From a virus (Duplodnaviria > Caudoviricetes): a stretch of 46,651 bases of DNA. The stretch covers positions 1-46,651 of IMG/VR virus record IMGVR_UViG_3300016474_000913; one strand, 5' to 3'. The first letter of the stretch is position 1. Each line of letters opens with the position of its first letter. This document shows positions 15,903 through 25,576 of the stretch, one piece after another. Below the pieces are notes generated by a model that ran no database searches, was not told the origin of the DNA, and was given only the letters and a program-made list of their open reading frames with translations. Position numbers and translations under genes: made by a program.

Positions 15903-15971
15903 CCGGACTTGGGACCGGTTACCGCTATGGCCTCGGTAAGTGCATTACTCCCCTGTCGGGGAGCCCTCTGC
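15903..15971 (-). ncRNA. Twister self-cleaving ribozyme (type-P5 permutation)
   Basis: GCA-GA-GGG-[CTCCCC/GGGGAG]-TAA-TGC-AC-[TTACCG/CGGTAA]-[CCGG TCCCAAGT CCGG]. Confidence 0.85.
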
Positions 15972-16201
15972 TACTTGATCTTTTTTCTTTTGTAAATTTC
16001 CTCCTTCACGGTTGTTATAAAATTTCTAATAGCCTTGATTTCAAGGCTAAGAGAGGTGTTTACTATCTTGGCGTAATGGAGGTCCACCCCCCATAATCCG
16101 TTTTCATCTATCATTTGTTCTTGCAACTCTGAAATTTCTGCAAGCTTGTCATAAACCATGTCATCAAGTTTCATACAGCCAACCTTAGAAAAATCGTACA
16201 T
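15971..16201 (-). CDS. Hypothetical protein, first gene of the leftward block
   Basis: TAAGGAG RBS before MYDFSK. Confidence 0.6.
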   Translation of the reverse strand: MYDFSKVGCMKLDDMVYDKLAEISELQEQMIDENGLWGVDLHYAKIVNTSLSLEIKAIRNFITTVKEEIYKRKKIK

Positions 16202-16264
16202 AACCAACTCCTTATGATCGAGTGATTGATCCGTACCGTCCGGGCACAACACAAACATGTGTTG

Positions 16265-16292
16265 TAACAATACCTGGGGGTAGGGGTGTCAA
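16265..16292 (-). promoter_or_regulatory. Possible host sigma70-type promoter for the leftward block
   Basis: Perfect TTGACA at 16292-16287, but no good -10 at canonical spacing. Confidence 0.25.
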
Positions 16293-16381
16293 ATCACCTG
16301 ACGCCTCAGGTGAAATACATACAGGGGGCCTGCCCTTGATACGGGGACCCAAAAAAGTTTGGTAGGAAAAAGTAGGAACGA

Positions 16382-19336
16382 CTACGGTTGAATGGGAGTG
16401 GTGCCAGGCGTATTGGCCTGTCCCATCCTCTCCTGAATCCTAACCCTGTGAAAAGAAATGAACTTTTGCAAATACTGTGTTTTTGGAATTCTTTCTTCTG
16501 GAACTCCCTCAAAGTCTTGACTGGTCGAATGTCTCAGCACATATCCTTGTCCGCCCTGGCGCCTTTCAATGTCTTTTAAATATCGCATTGGAATAACTTC
16601 CGAAACGTACCTTTCAACCTCTTCCAACTCCTCAATGGTCTGTGCATTTTCAATCATGTTTGGGATAGTCCTGAACACACTGCGGGTCATGTAGTCCCCA
16701 ACGTTTTCCTGACCCTTACCTGCCATTTGACGGCCAAAGTGCAGCAGGTGCGTTAAGTCTTCCTCAGGAACTGATTGACTAACCTCAAAGTTCATGAGCT
16801 TGGCAGCAGACTCCCGTGCCACAGTCTCTTGGTACAAACCTGTGTTTCTAGTTGGACCCGACGTTCCAAACTGATGAGTAAACAATCTTTGAAGCTGTTC
16901 ATATCGAGTTGAGTACATTTGAAACTGTGCCATCTCTTTAGCCTTGATATACTCCGGGTCCTGATACAATTTGCGATTCACTTCCTGCTGCAAAATGTTG
17001 TAAAACATCTGGTTGATGGCTGCATGCTCTTGATACAACCTTCGTCCCTTCAAGGGTACTTCCTTGATATTTCCCATCTCATCCTTGATCAAAATAGTAT
17101 CTTGTTTTCTCAACTGTCGAAAAATTTCCAATTGTGCTGCACGCAGCGGCTTGTTCAACTCTTTTCCAAGTTTTCCCAGAGTGGTCTTTTTCATAGCGTA
17201 GATCCTGGCCAACTTGGGATTGTTTTGAACAAACTGATTGACCATTTTGAATATATTTGCGTTTTCTTCTTTTCGCAACTTATCTGGATCAATCCCCTTG
17301 CGTTCTCGAAGATATACTCTGCGTTTTCTTTCCAAAGCTCCTTTTGCTCTACCCTCCTCATATTTTTTCCCTGCTTCCCTGTCTCCTGGATGCGTATCAT
17401 CGTCCATTCCGGCCAGGTACAGTTTGATTTCATCATCATAGTTATCAAGAATGTTATTCAGTCTTTCAAGGATCCCAAGATTTTCTAACTTTCCAGGACC
17501 ACGAAAATCCCGCATCCACAAAGCAAACCTCAAATACTTAGACGCCTTTGATCCTCTGTTGGCCATGTCCCTGAGCTCTTTCATAATTTCCCCGTCCAGT
17601 TCTTGCAAAGTAGTAACCCCTATCTTCTTTGCATACTTGCCAAACAAACGATTCTTAGTCAAATCCACGGTCAGTGGGTTAAACTCAAACTTGTCTTTCA
17701 CTTCATTAAAAACCACCGACTGAATCGAAGACTTTAATGAAGATTTGTAGTAAACAATCACCGTGCCGTTTACGAGCCTCTTGAACATGTCTTTTCCCAC
17801 CACGTTTTCCACCATGGAACCAAACCTCTCCTGAATCCGTTTTTCCAGACCCAACCTTTGGTTTTCCACCTCCTCGTGCATCACCTTGGCAATAAGCCGA
17901 TTTAGTTCCAGTTTGTTTAAATCTCCTCCTTGAGCCCTCATGTACTTTTTAATCTTTTTGTTTTTGAGCATGGACCGGACCAAAGAGTTTTTATCCTCGG
18001 CAAGGTTCTCCACAATATCTTGGCGTATCTTGCGCATGACCTCCGGCGTAATATGTTTCTTAGGATCAAATCCTTTTTTGATCATGGCATTCATATGAAT
18101 AGGATTTTTGATTGCATCTATAATCTTATTTTCATCTGCGGCAAACGCCTCAACTTCCTTTCTTTGCAGTTCCCCGTCATAAGCTTTTTTAAACGCCTCC
18201 ACGTTCTTGACCTCTCCCTTGTACACCAAAGTCCGCAGCAAGTTGGCCAAGACAACGCTACTTTTTCCCAGCTCCTTGATCAAACGTCCCTGATCTTTTT
18301 TGTTGACCTTTTCCTGAATCAGTTTGTTCAGGTCTCTTGCCGATCCGGATTTCAAAAGATTTACAATCTCTGTCTCAAGCGTACTTGCACTATGAATCTC
18401 AAAAGCTTTTGTCGAAGTATCCTCAATCTTTAGGAAACGATCTTTAACTTCAATTAGCCAGCTAACCTTTACCCGAAAATTATTAAGCATTGTGCCCATT
18501 TCCGAAACTGCCAACGATACGTCCCCCTTAATGGCTCCTTTTGGCAAGGCCTCTGCAAGCGAATTCAAGTGGTCTTGCATCTTTGATTTTTGGTCATAAG
18601 TGATCAAAGACCTCAAAGGCTCCGGAAGCCGAAGAATCCCCTTGAAAAGGTTTTTGATATAAACCTTGTTTTTGGCCAGCCTTTCTTTTTCAGTCAAATA
18701 AGTTCCGTGTCCTACCTCCGACAACATTTTTTCCAACGTGGATATTTCCGGAAGCCGTGTGAAATTGTTCAGTTTGATCTTTGCCCCTGAGGCTCCCAGC
18801 TTGAAAAGCTTGGTCATAACGCTTTCGGTGCGGTAAGCCTTGGCAAATTTTTCCCGTGTCTCCTTCGGAATCTTCTTGGCTTCTGCAACTTTGTCAAAGT
18901 ACTCCTGGTAAGATCCCAAAACCGCTGTCAAAGTTGCTTTGTACTCCTTGGAAAATTTACCAATAGTATCATTTGCCATACGTATGATGTCTTTTTTGTC
19001 GGCACTTGGATTACCCTTTTCCAATTCCCCGACCACGTTTTCATAGACCCGGTTCTCAATCTCTCCCCTGTCTTTATGCAAAAGATTTTTAATGTTTGCA
19101 AAGTTCCCACTTTTGGACAAAAAAGAGTACAAACTTTTGTTCTTGCCTTTGAGTTTGGCAGCCCATTTGAAAAGGTCCATGGGGTCTTCAGAGACTGGAA
19201 GATCAACCTGCTGAAAGACGCTGCCGATGGCGTTTTTTCGTAAACTGGCCAAGTCCGTAATTTTCAAAGTTCCGCTGCTCTTCTTCAGCAAAAGTCCGCC
19301 CAGAGCCTTTGTAAACGTGTGGTGTATGTAGGGCAT
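16382..19336 (-). CDS. Large Lys-rich helical protein (about 984 aa), function unknown
   Basis: Long AT-rich ORF; ATG at MPYIHH avoids overlap with the portal gene. Confidence 0.8.
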   Translation of the reverse strand: MPYIHHTFTKALGGLLLKKSSGTLKITDLASLRKNAIGSVFQQVDLPVSEDPMDLFKWAAKLKGKNKSLYSFLSKSGNFANIKNLLHKDRGEIENRVYENVVGELEKGNPSADKKDIIRMANDTIGKFSKEYKATLTAVLGSYQEYFDKVAEAKKIPKETREKFAKAYRTESVMTKLFKLGASGAKIKLNNFTRLPEISTLEKMLSEVGHGTYLTEKERLAKNKVYIKNLFKGILRLPEPLRSLITYDQKSKMQDHLNSLAEALPKGAIKGDVSLAVSEMGTMLNNFRVKVSWLIEVKDRFLKIEDTSTKAFEIHSASTLETEIVNLLKSGSARDLNKLIQEKVNKKDQGRLIKELGKSSVVLANLLRTLVYKGEVKNVEAFKKAYDGELQRKEVEAFAADENKIIDAIKNPIHMNAMIKKGFDPKKHITPEVMRKIRQDIVENLAEDKNSLVRSMLKNKKIKKYMRAQGGDLNKLELNRLIAKVMHEEVENQRLGLEKRIQERFGSMVENVVGKDMFKRLVNGTVIVYYKSSLKSSIQSVVFNEVKDKFEFNPLTVDLTKNRLFGKYAKKIGVTTLQELDGEIMKELRDMANRGSKASKYLRFALWMRDFRGPGKLENLGILERLNNILDNYDDEIKLYLAGMDDDTHPGDREAGKKYEEGRAKGALERKRRVYLRERKGIDPDKLRKEENANIFKMVNQFVQNNPKLARIYAMKKTTLGKLGKELNKPLRAAQLEIFRQLRKQDTILIKDEMGNIKEVPLKGRRLYQEHAAINQMFYNILQQEVNRKLYQDPEYIKAKEMAQFQMYSTRYEQLQRLFTHQFGTSGPTRNTGLYQETVARESAAKLMNFEVSQSVPEEDLTHLLHFGRQMAGKGQENVGDYMTRSVFRTIPNMIENAQTIEELEEVERYVSEVIPMRYLKDIERRQGGQGYVLRHSTSQDFEGVPEERIPKTQYLQKFISFHRVRIQERMGQANTPGTTPIQP

Positions 19337-19426
19337 TTGCGGAAGCCTCCCATCTTTCCCTATTGAACCAGTCCCCAATATACCGCATAATAAGAACATT
19401 AAGGATCCTAAAAATAAGGTATCGCT

Positions 19427-20776
19427 ATGGCCAAGCGTAAGCCGAAGCTCCAAATCCCTCCTGACCAAGCCTCAGACAGGGACCTCTCCACCCTTCTCTC
19501 TTACGGGCCCTCCTTCCTTCCCTACGTCGCCGCCTGGACCGACTCCCGCATCGAGCAGGTCCGAAACTTCAAACACTGGATCTACATCGCCATCCGCACC
19601 ATCGCCCGCCAGGTTGCCAGCCAGATCCCCAACATCTCCTGGGTCGAGCACAACACCTACGCCACGCCCCGCTCGAACTACCTGCGCTCCAAGGCCCTAA
19701 TCCCGCTCCTGTCCCACGAGGACCTCAAGCCCGTCCCGAACAACCACCCCCTGATGCGGCTCATGAAGGATCCCAATGATCCCGACACCAGCTACGACCT
19801 CTGGTATGAGACCATCCTCTTCCACCACCTGACCGGTTCCGCCTACTGGTGGATGCCCCGCAACGCCCTCGGCCTGCCCGCCGCCATCTGGGTCGTGCCC
19901 TCCCACTGGATGTGGCCCATTGTCGGTACCGACAAACTCATCGAAGGCTACGAGATCCGTCCCATCGAGGGCAACTACTTCCGCAAGTTCCTGCCCATCG
20001 AGGAAATCGTCGTCTTCAAGGACAAGTCCCCGATCTCCAAGATCGACGGCTACTCGCCCCTGACCGCCGGTGCCCAGTGGGGGGACACCGCCGAAATGAT
20101 CAACCGCTCCCGGTGGCACGCCTACCGCAACGGCACCTTCCCCACCGTGGCCGTGCAGTTTGACGGCAAGTACCAGGATCCCTCCGACGAGGACCTGCGC
20201 CGCATCGAGTCCAAGTTCATGTCCCGCTACACCGGCGAGACCCGCACCAACAAACCGATGTTCCTGCCTCCGGGCGTGTCCGTGAATCCCCTGTCCCTCG
20301 GCATCAACCAGATGCTCTTCGGCGAGACCTCCCAGGAGGTCCGAGACAACATCCTCGCCCTCTTCGGCGTCCCCGCCTCCGCCGCCGGACTCACCAAGGA
20401 CATGACCTACGGCTCCGTGATGGCCTCGCACGCCGCCTTCATGCAGCAGACCATCAACCCAATCCTCCGCTACTTTGGCCAGGTCATCACCGAGAAGATC
20501 GCCAAGCGCTACGACGACACCCTGAAGGTCTGGTGGGAAGACATCACCCCGCACGACCCCGAGCTCACCGAGAAACAGATCCAGACCGACCTCATGTGCG
20601 GCGCCATCACGCCCAACGAGGTCCGCATCATGCGAGGCCGTGAGCCCTACCCGAACACTTGGGGCGACAACCCCATCCTGCCCGTCAACGTGGCCTCCAC
20701 CCCCATGGGCGGAACCCACCTGCCTTCCACGCAACCCCTGTCTTCTCCCAACGACAACAAGGAGATCCAGCCGTGA
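19427..20776 (+). CDS. Portal protein (HK97 family)
   Basis: LTGSAYWW, DGYSPL, NGTFP, ILALFGVP, TINP and ITPNEVR motifs; first gene of the head module. Confidence 0.9.
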   Translation: MAKRKPKLQIPPDQASDRDLSTLLSYGPSFLPYVAAWTDSRIEQVRNFKHWIYIAIRTIARQVASQIPNISWVEHNTYATPRSNYLRSKALIPLLSHEDLKPVPNNHPLMRLMKDPNDPDTSYDLWYETILFHHLTGSAYWWMPRNALGLPAAIWVVPSHWMWPIVGTDKLIEGYEIRPIEGNYFRKFLPIEEIVVFKDKSPISKIDGYSPLTAGAQWGDTAEMINRSRWHAYRNGTFPTVAVQFDGKYQDPSDEDLRRIESKFMSRYTGETRTNKPMFLPPGVSVNPLSLGINQMLFGETSQEVRDNILALFGVPASAAGLTKDMTYGSVMASHAAFMQQTINPILRYFGQVITEKIAKRYDDTLKVWWEDITPHDPELTEKQIQTDLMCGAITPNEVRIMRGREPYPNTWGDNPILPVNVASTPMGGTHLPSTQPLSSPNDNKEIQP

Positions 20777-23418
20777 GCGACAAGTTCACCCCCTCCGCCC
20801 AGGACCTCCTGAGCGCCGACCTCATCCAATCCTTCCTCCGGGACCGCCGCCGCCACATGCAGGAGACCATTGCCAAGTCCGGTGTCTCCCCCTACCCTAC
20901 CCAATACCTCCGCAACATGGCCCGGACCCTCTCGAACTCCGCTTCCTCGCCCCTGGCCCTGGACGCCGACGACACCGAGCCACCCGTGGTCGACACCTCG
21001 AAGATGACCGCCAAGTTTGTCATCACGACCTCCGACCGGGACCGCCACGGTGACATCGTCATCCCCCGTGGCTGTGTGAACCACCTCAAGAACTACACCC
21101 GCAATCCCCGGGTCTTCTTCGCCCACAACACCAATGACCTCCCCATCGCCTCGGCCCGGGACCCCGAGGGCAACCTCGCCCTGGACATCCTCGATGACAA
21201 GATCTACTCCACCGCCTACTTCCACGGCGAGACCCGGGAGTCTGAGATCATCTTTCGCCTCATCGCCCGCAAGGAACTCCAGGCCAGCTCCATCGGTTTT
21301 CTTCCCATCCGAGCCACGATCCTTTCCCTCGACGATGAAGAAGACCTCGTGGACCTGGAGACCGGTGAGGAGATCCTTGACTTCCGTGGCAACCAGACCC
21401 GGTCCACTCCCGCCCTCCGTTTCCTCGAATGGGACATGATCGAATGGTCGGTTGTCCCGATTCCCGCCAATCAGGAAGCCCTGGCCGCTCACCTGTCCCG
21501 GGGCCACGTCGAGGGCGAAAAGCTTTCCGCTTCGATCAAGCGCACCCTGTCCGCCTACCTTCCTGTAAGAAAAAGTACCACGTTTTCGTTACACGTCACC
21601 TCAAACGATCCCGAAGAATCCGCCATTGAGGCCCTGGAAAACGAGATCGAAAAGGAATTGGACGCCGAAAGCCATGCCGAGGACTCCGGCAAACCCGACC
21701 CCGAAGAACTCGACGAGGTCTACAAGAAGTACAAAGAAGAAACCAACATGTCCTACTCGGCCCTCAAGAAGTGGTCCGAGAACCCCTGCGCCAAGCGGGC
21801 CTCCCTGGACAGCGGTCCCCTGAAGCGCAACCTGGAACTCCTCTCCACGGCCAAGTCCTCCTGGACCAAGAAGCACGTGAAGTGGGCCAACAAGACCATC
21901 TCCTTCAACTCCCGCATGCGGGGCATGCCCCGGGGCAAACCCCTCTCCCAGGAATGCCCCTGGTCGAAGCGGGACATCAGCCTCAAAAATTGGGCGTGGG
22001 ACCCCGGTCAGACGCCCAAACCCAAGAAAGACCTCGACGAGGAAATCATCCACGCCCTGCCCGCAGGCCCGACCCCTGGCGTGGACCTGCCTCTCCTGGA
22101 CAAGGGCGACGCCCCGGCACCCCCGAAGGACCAGATCACCGGCAGTGACACGAACAAGCCGGGTTCCGCCTCAGACGACAAAAATAAGATCGAGATCAGC
22201 AAGGAAACCGAAAAGGCGTTGAAGAACAAACTCGAAGAACACAATGAGAAGATGAGCGGCAAACCTGCCTGGGCCAAGACAACCTTGGGCGCTCTCAAGG
22301 CGGTCTACCGCCGTGGCGCCGGGGCTTTCTCCACATCGCACCGTCCGAAGATGACTCGTGCGCAGTGGGCCCTTGCCCGGGTGAACGCTTTCCTCTACCT
22401 CTGCAAAAACGGCAAACCGGAGAACGAAAAGTACGTCAGCGACAACGACCTCCTGCACCACGACCACCCAAAGTACTCCAAGGAGAAAAAATCCCTGGAT
22501 ACCCTCGAAACCCGTGGCGTGATTCCCTTCCACGCCTATCCCCTGGCTTCGGAAACAACAGCGTGGGACGGACCGAAGGCCCGTGCCTCCGCCGACACAG
22601 AAACGCTCCAGAAAATCTGCGCCTGGTACGACGACAGCAACGCCGACAGCAAGTCCGCCTACAAGCTGCCGCACCATGACGCCAAGACCCTCAAGACCGT
22701 ATGGAATGGAGTCAGGGCAGCGATGGCCGCTCTCCTGGGCTCGCGAGGCGGCGTGGACATCCCTGAAAAAGACAAATTGGGTGTTTACAATCACCTCGCA
22801 AAACATTATAAAGAATTCAACAAACCGACTCCGGAATATCGCAAATTGTACACCCTTGAGGAACTGAAGGCGATCTTCCCGGACCTTGACCTTAAGGAGC
22901 TTACCGCCGTGAGCATCAACGAAGAACTCGAACTCAAGAGCGCCCTTGACGCACTCCAGTCCCCTCCCTCCCAGGGCAAACCCAAAAAGAAAACCGAAGA
23001 CGAGGAAGACGAGGACAAGGCAGCGGCTCCTGAGGAAGAAGAAGCCAAGGCCGAGGACGAAGCCGAGGAAGAAAAAGCCTCCGATGAAAACGATGAGGAA
23101 AACGAAAAGTCCATGGACGACGAAGAGGAAACCAAGGAAGGCGACGAGGAAGAAGACGCCGACCACCATAAGATCCTCAAGTCCATGAGCGAGATCCTCA
23201 ACTCGATGCACGAGTGCTCCACCGCCCACACCGACCTGCTCAAGGGCATCCACGACAAACTCGACAAGTGCATGAAGGCCCTCGAGCCCAAGCAAGACGA
23301 GGAAAAGGCACCCGAGAAGGAAGACGAGATGAAGACCCTTCTTGGCGCCCTGACCACCCTGAAGTCAAACCAAGACGCTTTAAACCGTCGGCTGTTTGAG
23401 GTGACCGGCAAGAAGTAA
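20773..23418 (+). CDS. Prohead protease (HK97-type) fused to accessory domains and an acidic scaffold-like tail
   Basis: DRDRHGD, NPRVFFAH, SSIGF and EWSVVPIPAN; GTG start overlapping the portal stop. Confidence 0.85.
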   Translation: MSDKFTPSAQDLLSADLIQSFLRDRRRHMQETIAKSGVSPYPTQYLRNMARTLSNSASSPLALDADDTEPPVVDTSKMTAKFVITTSDRDRHGDIVIPRGCVNHLKNYTRNPRVFFAHNTNDLPIASARDPEGNLALDILDDKIYSTAYFHGETRESEIIFRLIARKELQASSIGFLPIRATILSLDDEEDLVDLETGEEILDFRGNQTRSTPALRFLEWDMIEWSVVPIPANQEALAAHLSRGHVEGEKLSASIKRTLSAYLPVRKSTTFSLHVTSNDPEESAIEALENEIEKELDAESHAEDSGKPDPEELDEVYKKYKEETNMSYSALKKWSENPCAKRASLDSGPLKRNLELLSTAKSSWTKKHVKWANKTISFNSRMRGMPRGKPLSQECPWSKRDISLKNWAWDPGQTPKPKKDLDEEIIHALPAGPTPGVDLPLLDKGDAPAPPKDQITGSDTNKPGSASDDKNKIEISKETEKALKNKLEEHNEKMSGKPAWAKTTLGALKAVYRRGAGAFSTSHRPKMTRAQWALARVNAFLYLCKNGKPENEKYVSDNDLLHHDHPKYSKEKKSLDTLETRGVIPFHAYPLASETTAWDGPKARASADTETLQKICAWYDDSNADSKSAYKLPHHDAKTLKTVWNGVRAAMAALLGSRGGVDIPEKDKLGVYNHLAKHYKEFNKPTPEYRKLYTLEELKAIFPDLDLKELTAVSINEELELKSALDALQSPPSQGKPKKKTEDEEDEDKAAAPEEEEAKAEDEAEEEKASDENDEENEKSMDDEEETKEGDEEEDADHHKILKSMSEILNSMHECSTAHTDLLKGIHDKLDKCMKALEPKQDEEKAPEKEDEMKTLLGALTTLKSNQDALNRRLFEVTGKK

Positions 23419-23759
23419 TGACCAAGATCAAGGAGAGCATGACCTCCGAACCGTCCTGCCAGACCTGCCAATTCTGGAAAACCCGGGAACCGCACTCTAC
23501 CCGTGAAAAGGCAGATACAGGAAGTTGCAGGAGGTATCCTCCCACCCTGATCCAGTCAACACCAGGCAGTCACCTGATACCCGGAGGGGCACTCGGAGTG
23601 TTCCCCGAAACAGATGCGAAAAACCTCTGTGGCGAATTTAAGCTTTACACACCCCTGTCAAAAGGAAACCAACATGGCAGAGAAAAACCTCAAGCCAGTT
23701 CTGGACGCAATCCAGAACATCCAGGAAACCCAAAACCAGTTTCAGAGCAAGCTGAGTGA
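23418..23759 (+). CDS. Small Cys-rich phage protein
   Basis: CQTCQFW...GSCRRYPP...FPET...CGEF. Confidence 0.65.
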   Translation: MTKIKESMTSEPSCQTCQFWKTREPHSTREKADTGSCRRYPPTLIQSTPGSHLIPGGALGVFPETDAKNLCGEFKLYTPLSKGNQHGREKPQASSGRNPEHPGNPKPVSEQAE

Positions 23760-25086
23760 GATCGAGACCAACAGCAAGTCCGCAAGGAACAGCTCGGTCC
23801 TGAACGCTCCCTCGGTGCGCAAGGGCGAAAGCTCCATGAGCTCCCGAGGCTACAGCTTCGTGAAGCTCTTTGGTCTTCTCCGTGGCGAACTTGCCCCTGA
23901 GAATGCCCGTGTGGAATGGGACATGGCCCAAAACCTCCAGAAGCTCTACGTGGATCGCCTTGGCTTCAACAAGGCCCACACGAACACCGTGATGGCTCCC
24001 TTCGGTTCCGACTACATCGCTGAAATCCCAGGCGAAGAAGGCTTTGCCAAGGAAGTTCGTGAAGTCGTGAACGCAGGCATCACCGGCTTTGACCGTGAAG
24101 AAGTTCGTGCGCTGCGAGCCAAACAGTGGGGCGTTTCCAAGGCTTTGTCTTGGATCGACGAATCCCAAGGCGGCGCTTTGGTGGCTCCTCCTGTCCAAGG
24201 CGAGCTCATCGAACTCCTCAGAAACAACGAAGTGTTCATGGCAGCCGGTGCCCGCACCATTGCCATGCCACCCAACGGCCGCATTACCTTCCCACGCCAG
24301 ACGAACGCTGGCACCGCTTACTGGGTTGGCGAAAGCTCCGCAGTAACGGACAGCACACCCGCCACCGGCGACGTGCTGTTGCAGGCCAAGAAGCTGGGCA
24401 TCCTCTGCAAGGTGCCCAACGAACTCTTCCGCTTCTCCTCGGTGAGCGTGGAAATGTTCCTGCGTGAAGACATCAGCCGTGTCTTGGCCCTGCGCCTGGA
24501 CAAGTCCTTGCTCGAAGCCACTGGCTCCAGCAACGAACCCAAGGGCTTGATCAACTACGCTGGCATCAGCAAGCACACCGCCACCACCACGGGCACCAAT
24601 GGCAACACCATCGAACCCGAAGACGTGGCCAAGATGATCGGCATCGTTGAGGAACAGAACGCACAGTTCAAGTCCTTCGTGATGCGCCCTCTGATGTACG
24701 CAGCGATCGCCAACAGGCGAGCCGATGCCGTCACCGCAGGCGACAAAAAGGGCCCGTTTGTGTTCAACATGTTCCGTGAGATGAACGCCAACATCGACGT
24801 GAGCCGTTCTACCCCTGGCAACCTCTATGGACACCCTGTGTTCAAGAGCACCCAGATCTCCGGCACACGCAGCAAGGGCAGCTCTTCCAACCTGAGCTAC
24901 ATCCTTGGCGGCGACTTCAGCGATTACTTGATCGCCATGTCCGGAGCCATCGAGTTCCAGATCAGCACCCAGGGCGACACACCGTTCACGACGGACCAAA
25001 CCTGGTACCGAGGCATCATGTACTGCGACGGCGCACCACGTCACGAAGCCAGCTTCGTCCTGTGCGACCAGCTCAACGTAGCGTAA
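23674..25086 (+). CDS. Major capsid protein (HK97 fold)
   Basis: GGALVAP, AYWVGE, KKLG, G..NEPKGL and GDFSDY; AAGGA RBS before MAEKNL. Confidence 0.92.
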   Translation: MAEKNLKPVLDAIQNIQETQNQFQSKLSEIETNSKSARNSSVLNAPSVRKGESSMSSRGYSFVKLFGLLRGELAPENARVEWDMAQNLQKLYVDRLGFNKAHTNTVMAPFGSDYIAEIPGEEGFAKEVREVVNAGITGFDREEVRALRAKQWGVSKALSWIDESQGGALVAPPVQGELIELLRNNEVFMAAGARTIAMPPNGRITFPRQTNAGTAYWVGESSAVTDSTPATGDVLLQAKKLGILCKVPNELFRFSSVSVEMFLREDISRVLALRLDKSLLEATGSSNEPKGLINYAGISKHTATTTGTNGNTIEPEDVAKMIGIVEEQNAQFKSFVMRPLMYAAIANRRADAVTAGDKKGPFVFNMFREMNANIDVSRSTPGNLYGHPVFKSTQISGTRSKGSSSNLSYILGGDFSDYLIAMSGAIEFQISTQGDTPFTTDQTWYRGIMYCDGAPRHEASFVLCDQLNVA

Positions 25087-25100
25087 TAACCACCCATAAC

Positions 25101-25124
25101 GCCCCGGGGCAGCCGCTCCGGGGC
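25101..25124 (+). other. GC-rich hairpin after the capsid gene
   Basis: GCCCCGGGGC-AGCC-GCTCCGGGGC; no U tract. Confidence 0.4.
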
Positions 25125-25156
25125 AACCTAAACCTCCATATAAGGAAACATTCACC

Positions 25157-25576
25157 ATGCCAGCAACTTTCATCGCTGACCTGAAAAACCAGGGAATGGG
25201 AGCCGCTTCCATCGCCCCTGTGACCGCTCCCGCTTCCAGCGTGACGGGTTCTTCCGTAGACCTCCAGCTTGCTGACGGCCCTGTCAACGTGCTCCTGATC
25301 ACCGGCACCCTGTCCGGCGGCACAAGCCCGACATTGGCAGTGTCTGTGCAGGAATCCGATGACAACAGCACTTGGACCACGGTAAAGAGCTTCGACACGA
25401 TCTCCGGATCGGACCTCAGCGGCCAGTTCCAGTTCTTGGGCAAGTACCTCCGTGGCGCACGCTACGTCAGGGCAACCGCAGCCGTAACCGGCTCACCAAC
25501 CGCCCTGCCCTTGTCCGTGATCATCCTCGCCAGCAAGAAGATTGCCGGCAGCGGAAACGGCGCTTTGGCTTCCTAA
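25157..25576 (+). CDS. Putative capsid decoration/cement protein
   Basis: Position after the capsid gene; beta-rich, VQESDDNSTWT and RYVR. Confidence 0.6.
   Translation: MPATFIADLKNQGMGAASIAPVTAPASSVTGSSVDLQLADGPVNVLLITGTLSGGTSPTLAVSVQESDDNSTWTTVKSFDTISGSDLSGQFQFLGKYLRGARYVRATAAVTGSPTALPLSVIILASKKIAGSGNGALAS

Noticed and set aside
19697-25443. Long antisense ORFs opposite the portal, protease and capsid genes (e.g. 23638..25443)
   Set aside because: Shadow frames caused by strong third-position GC bias; no motifs or RBS.
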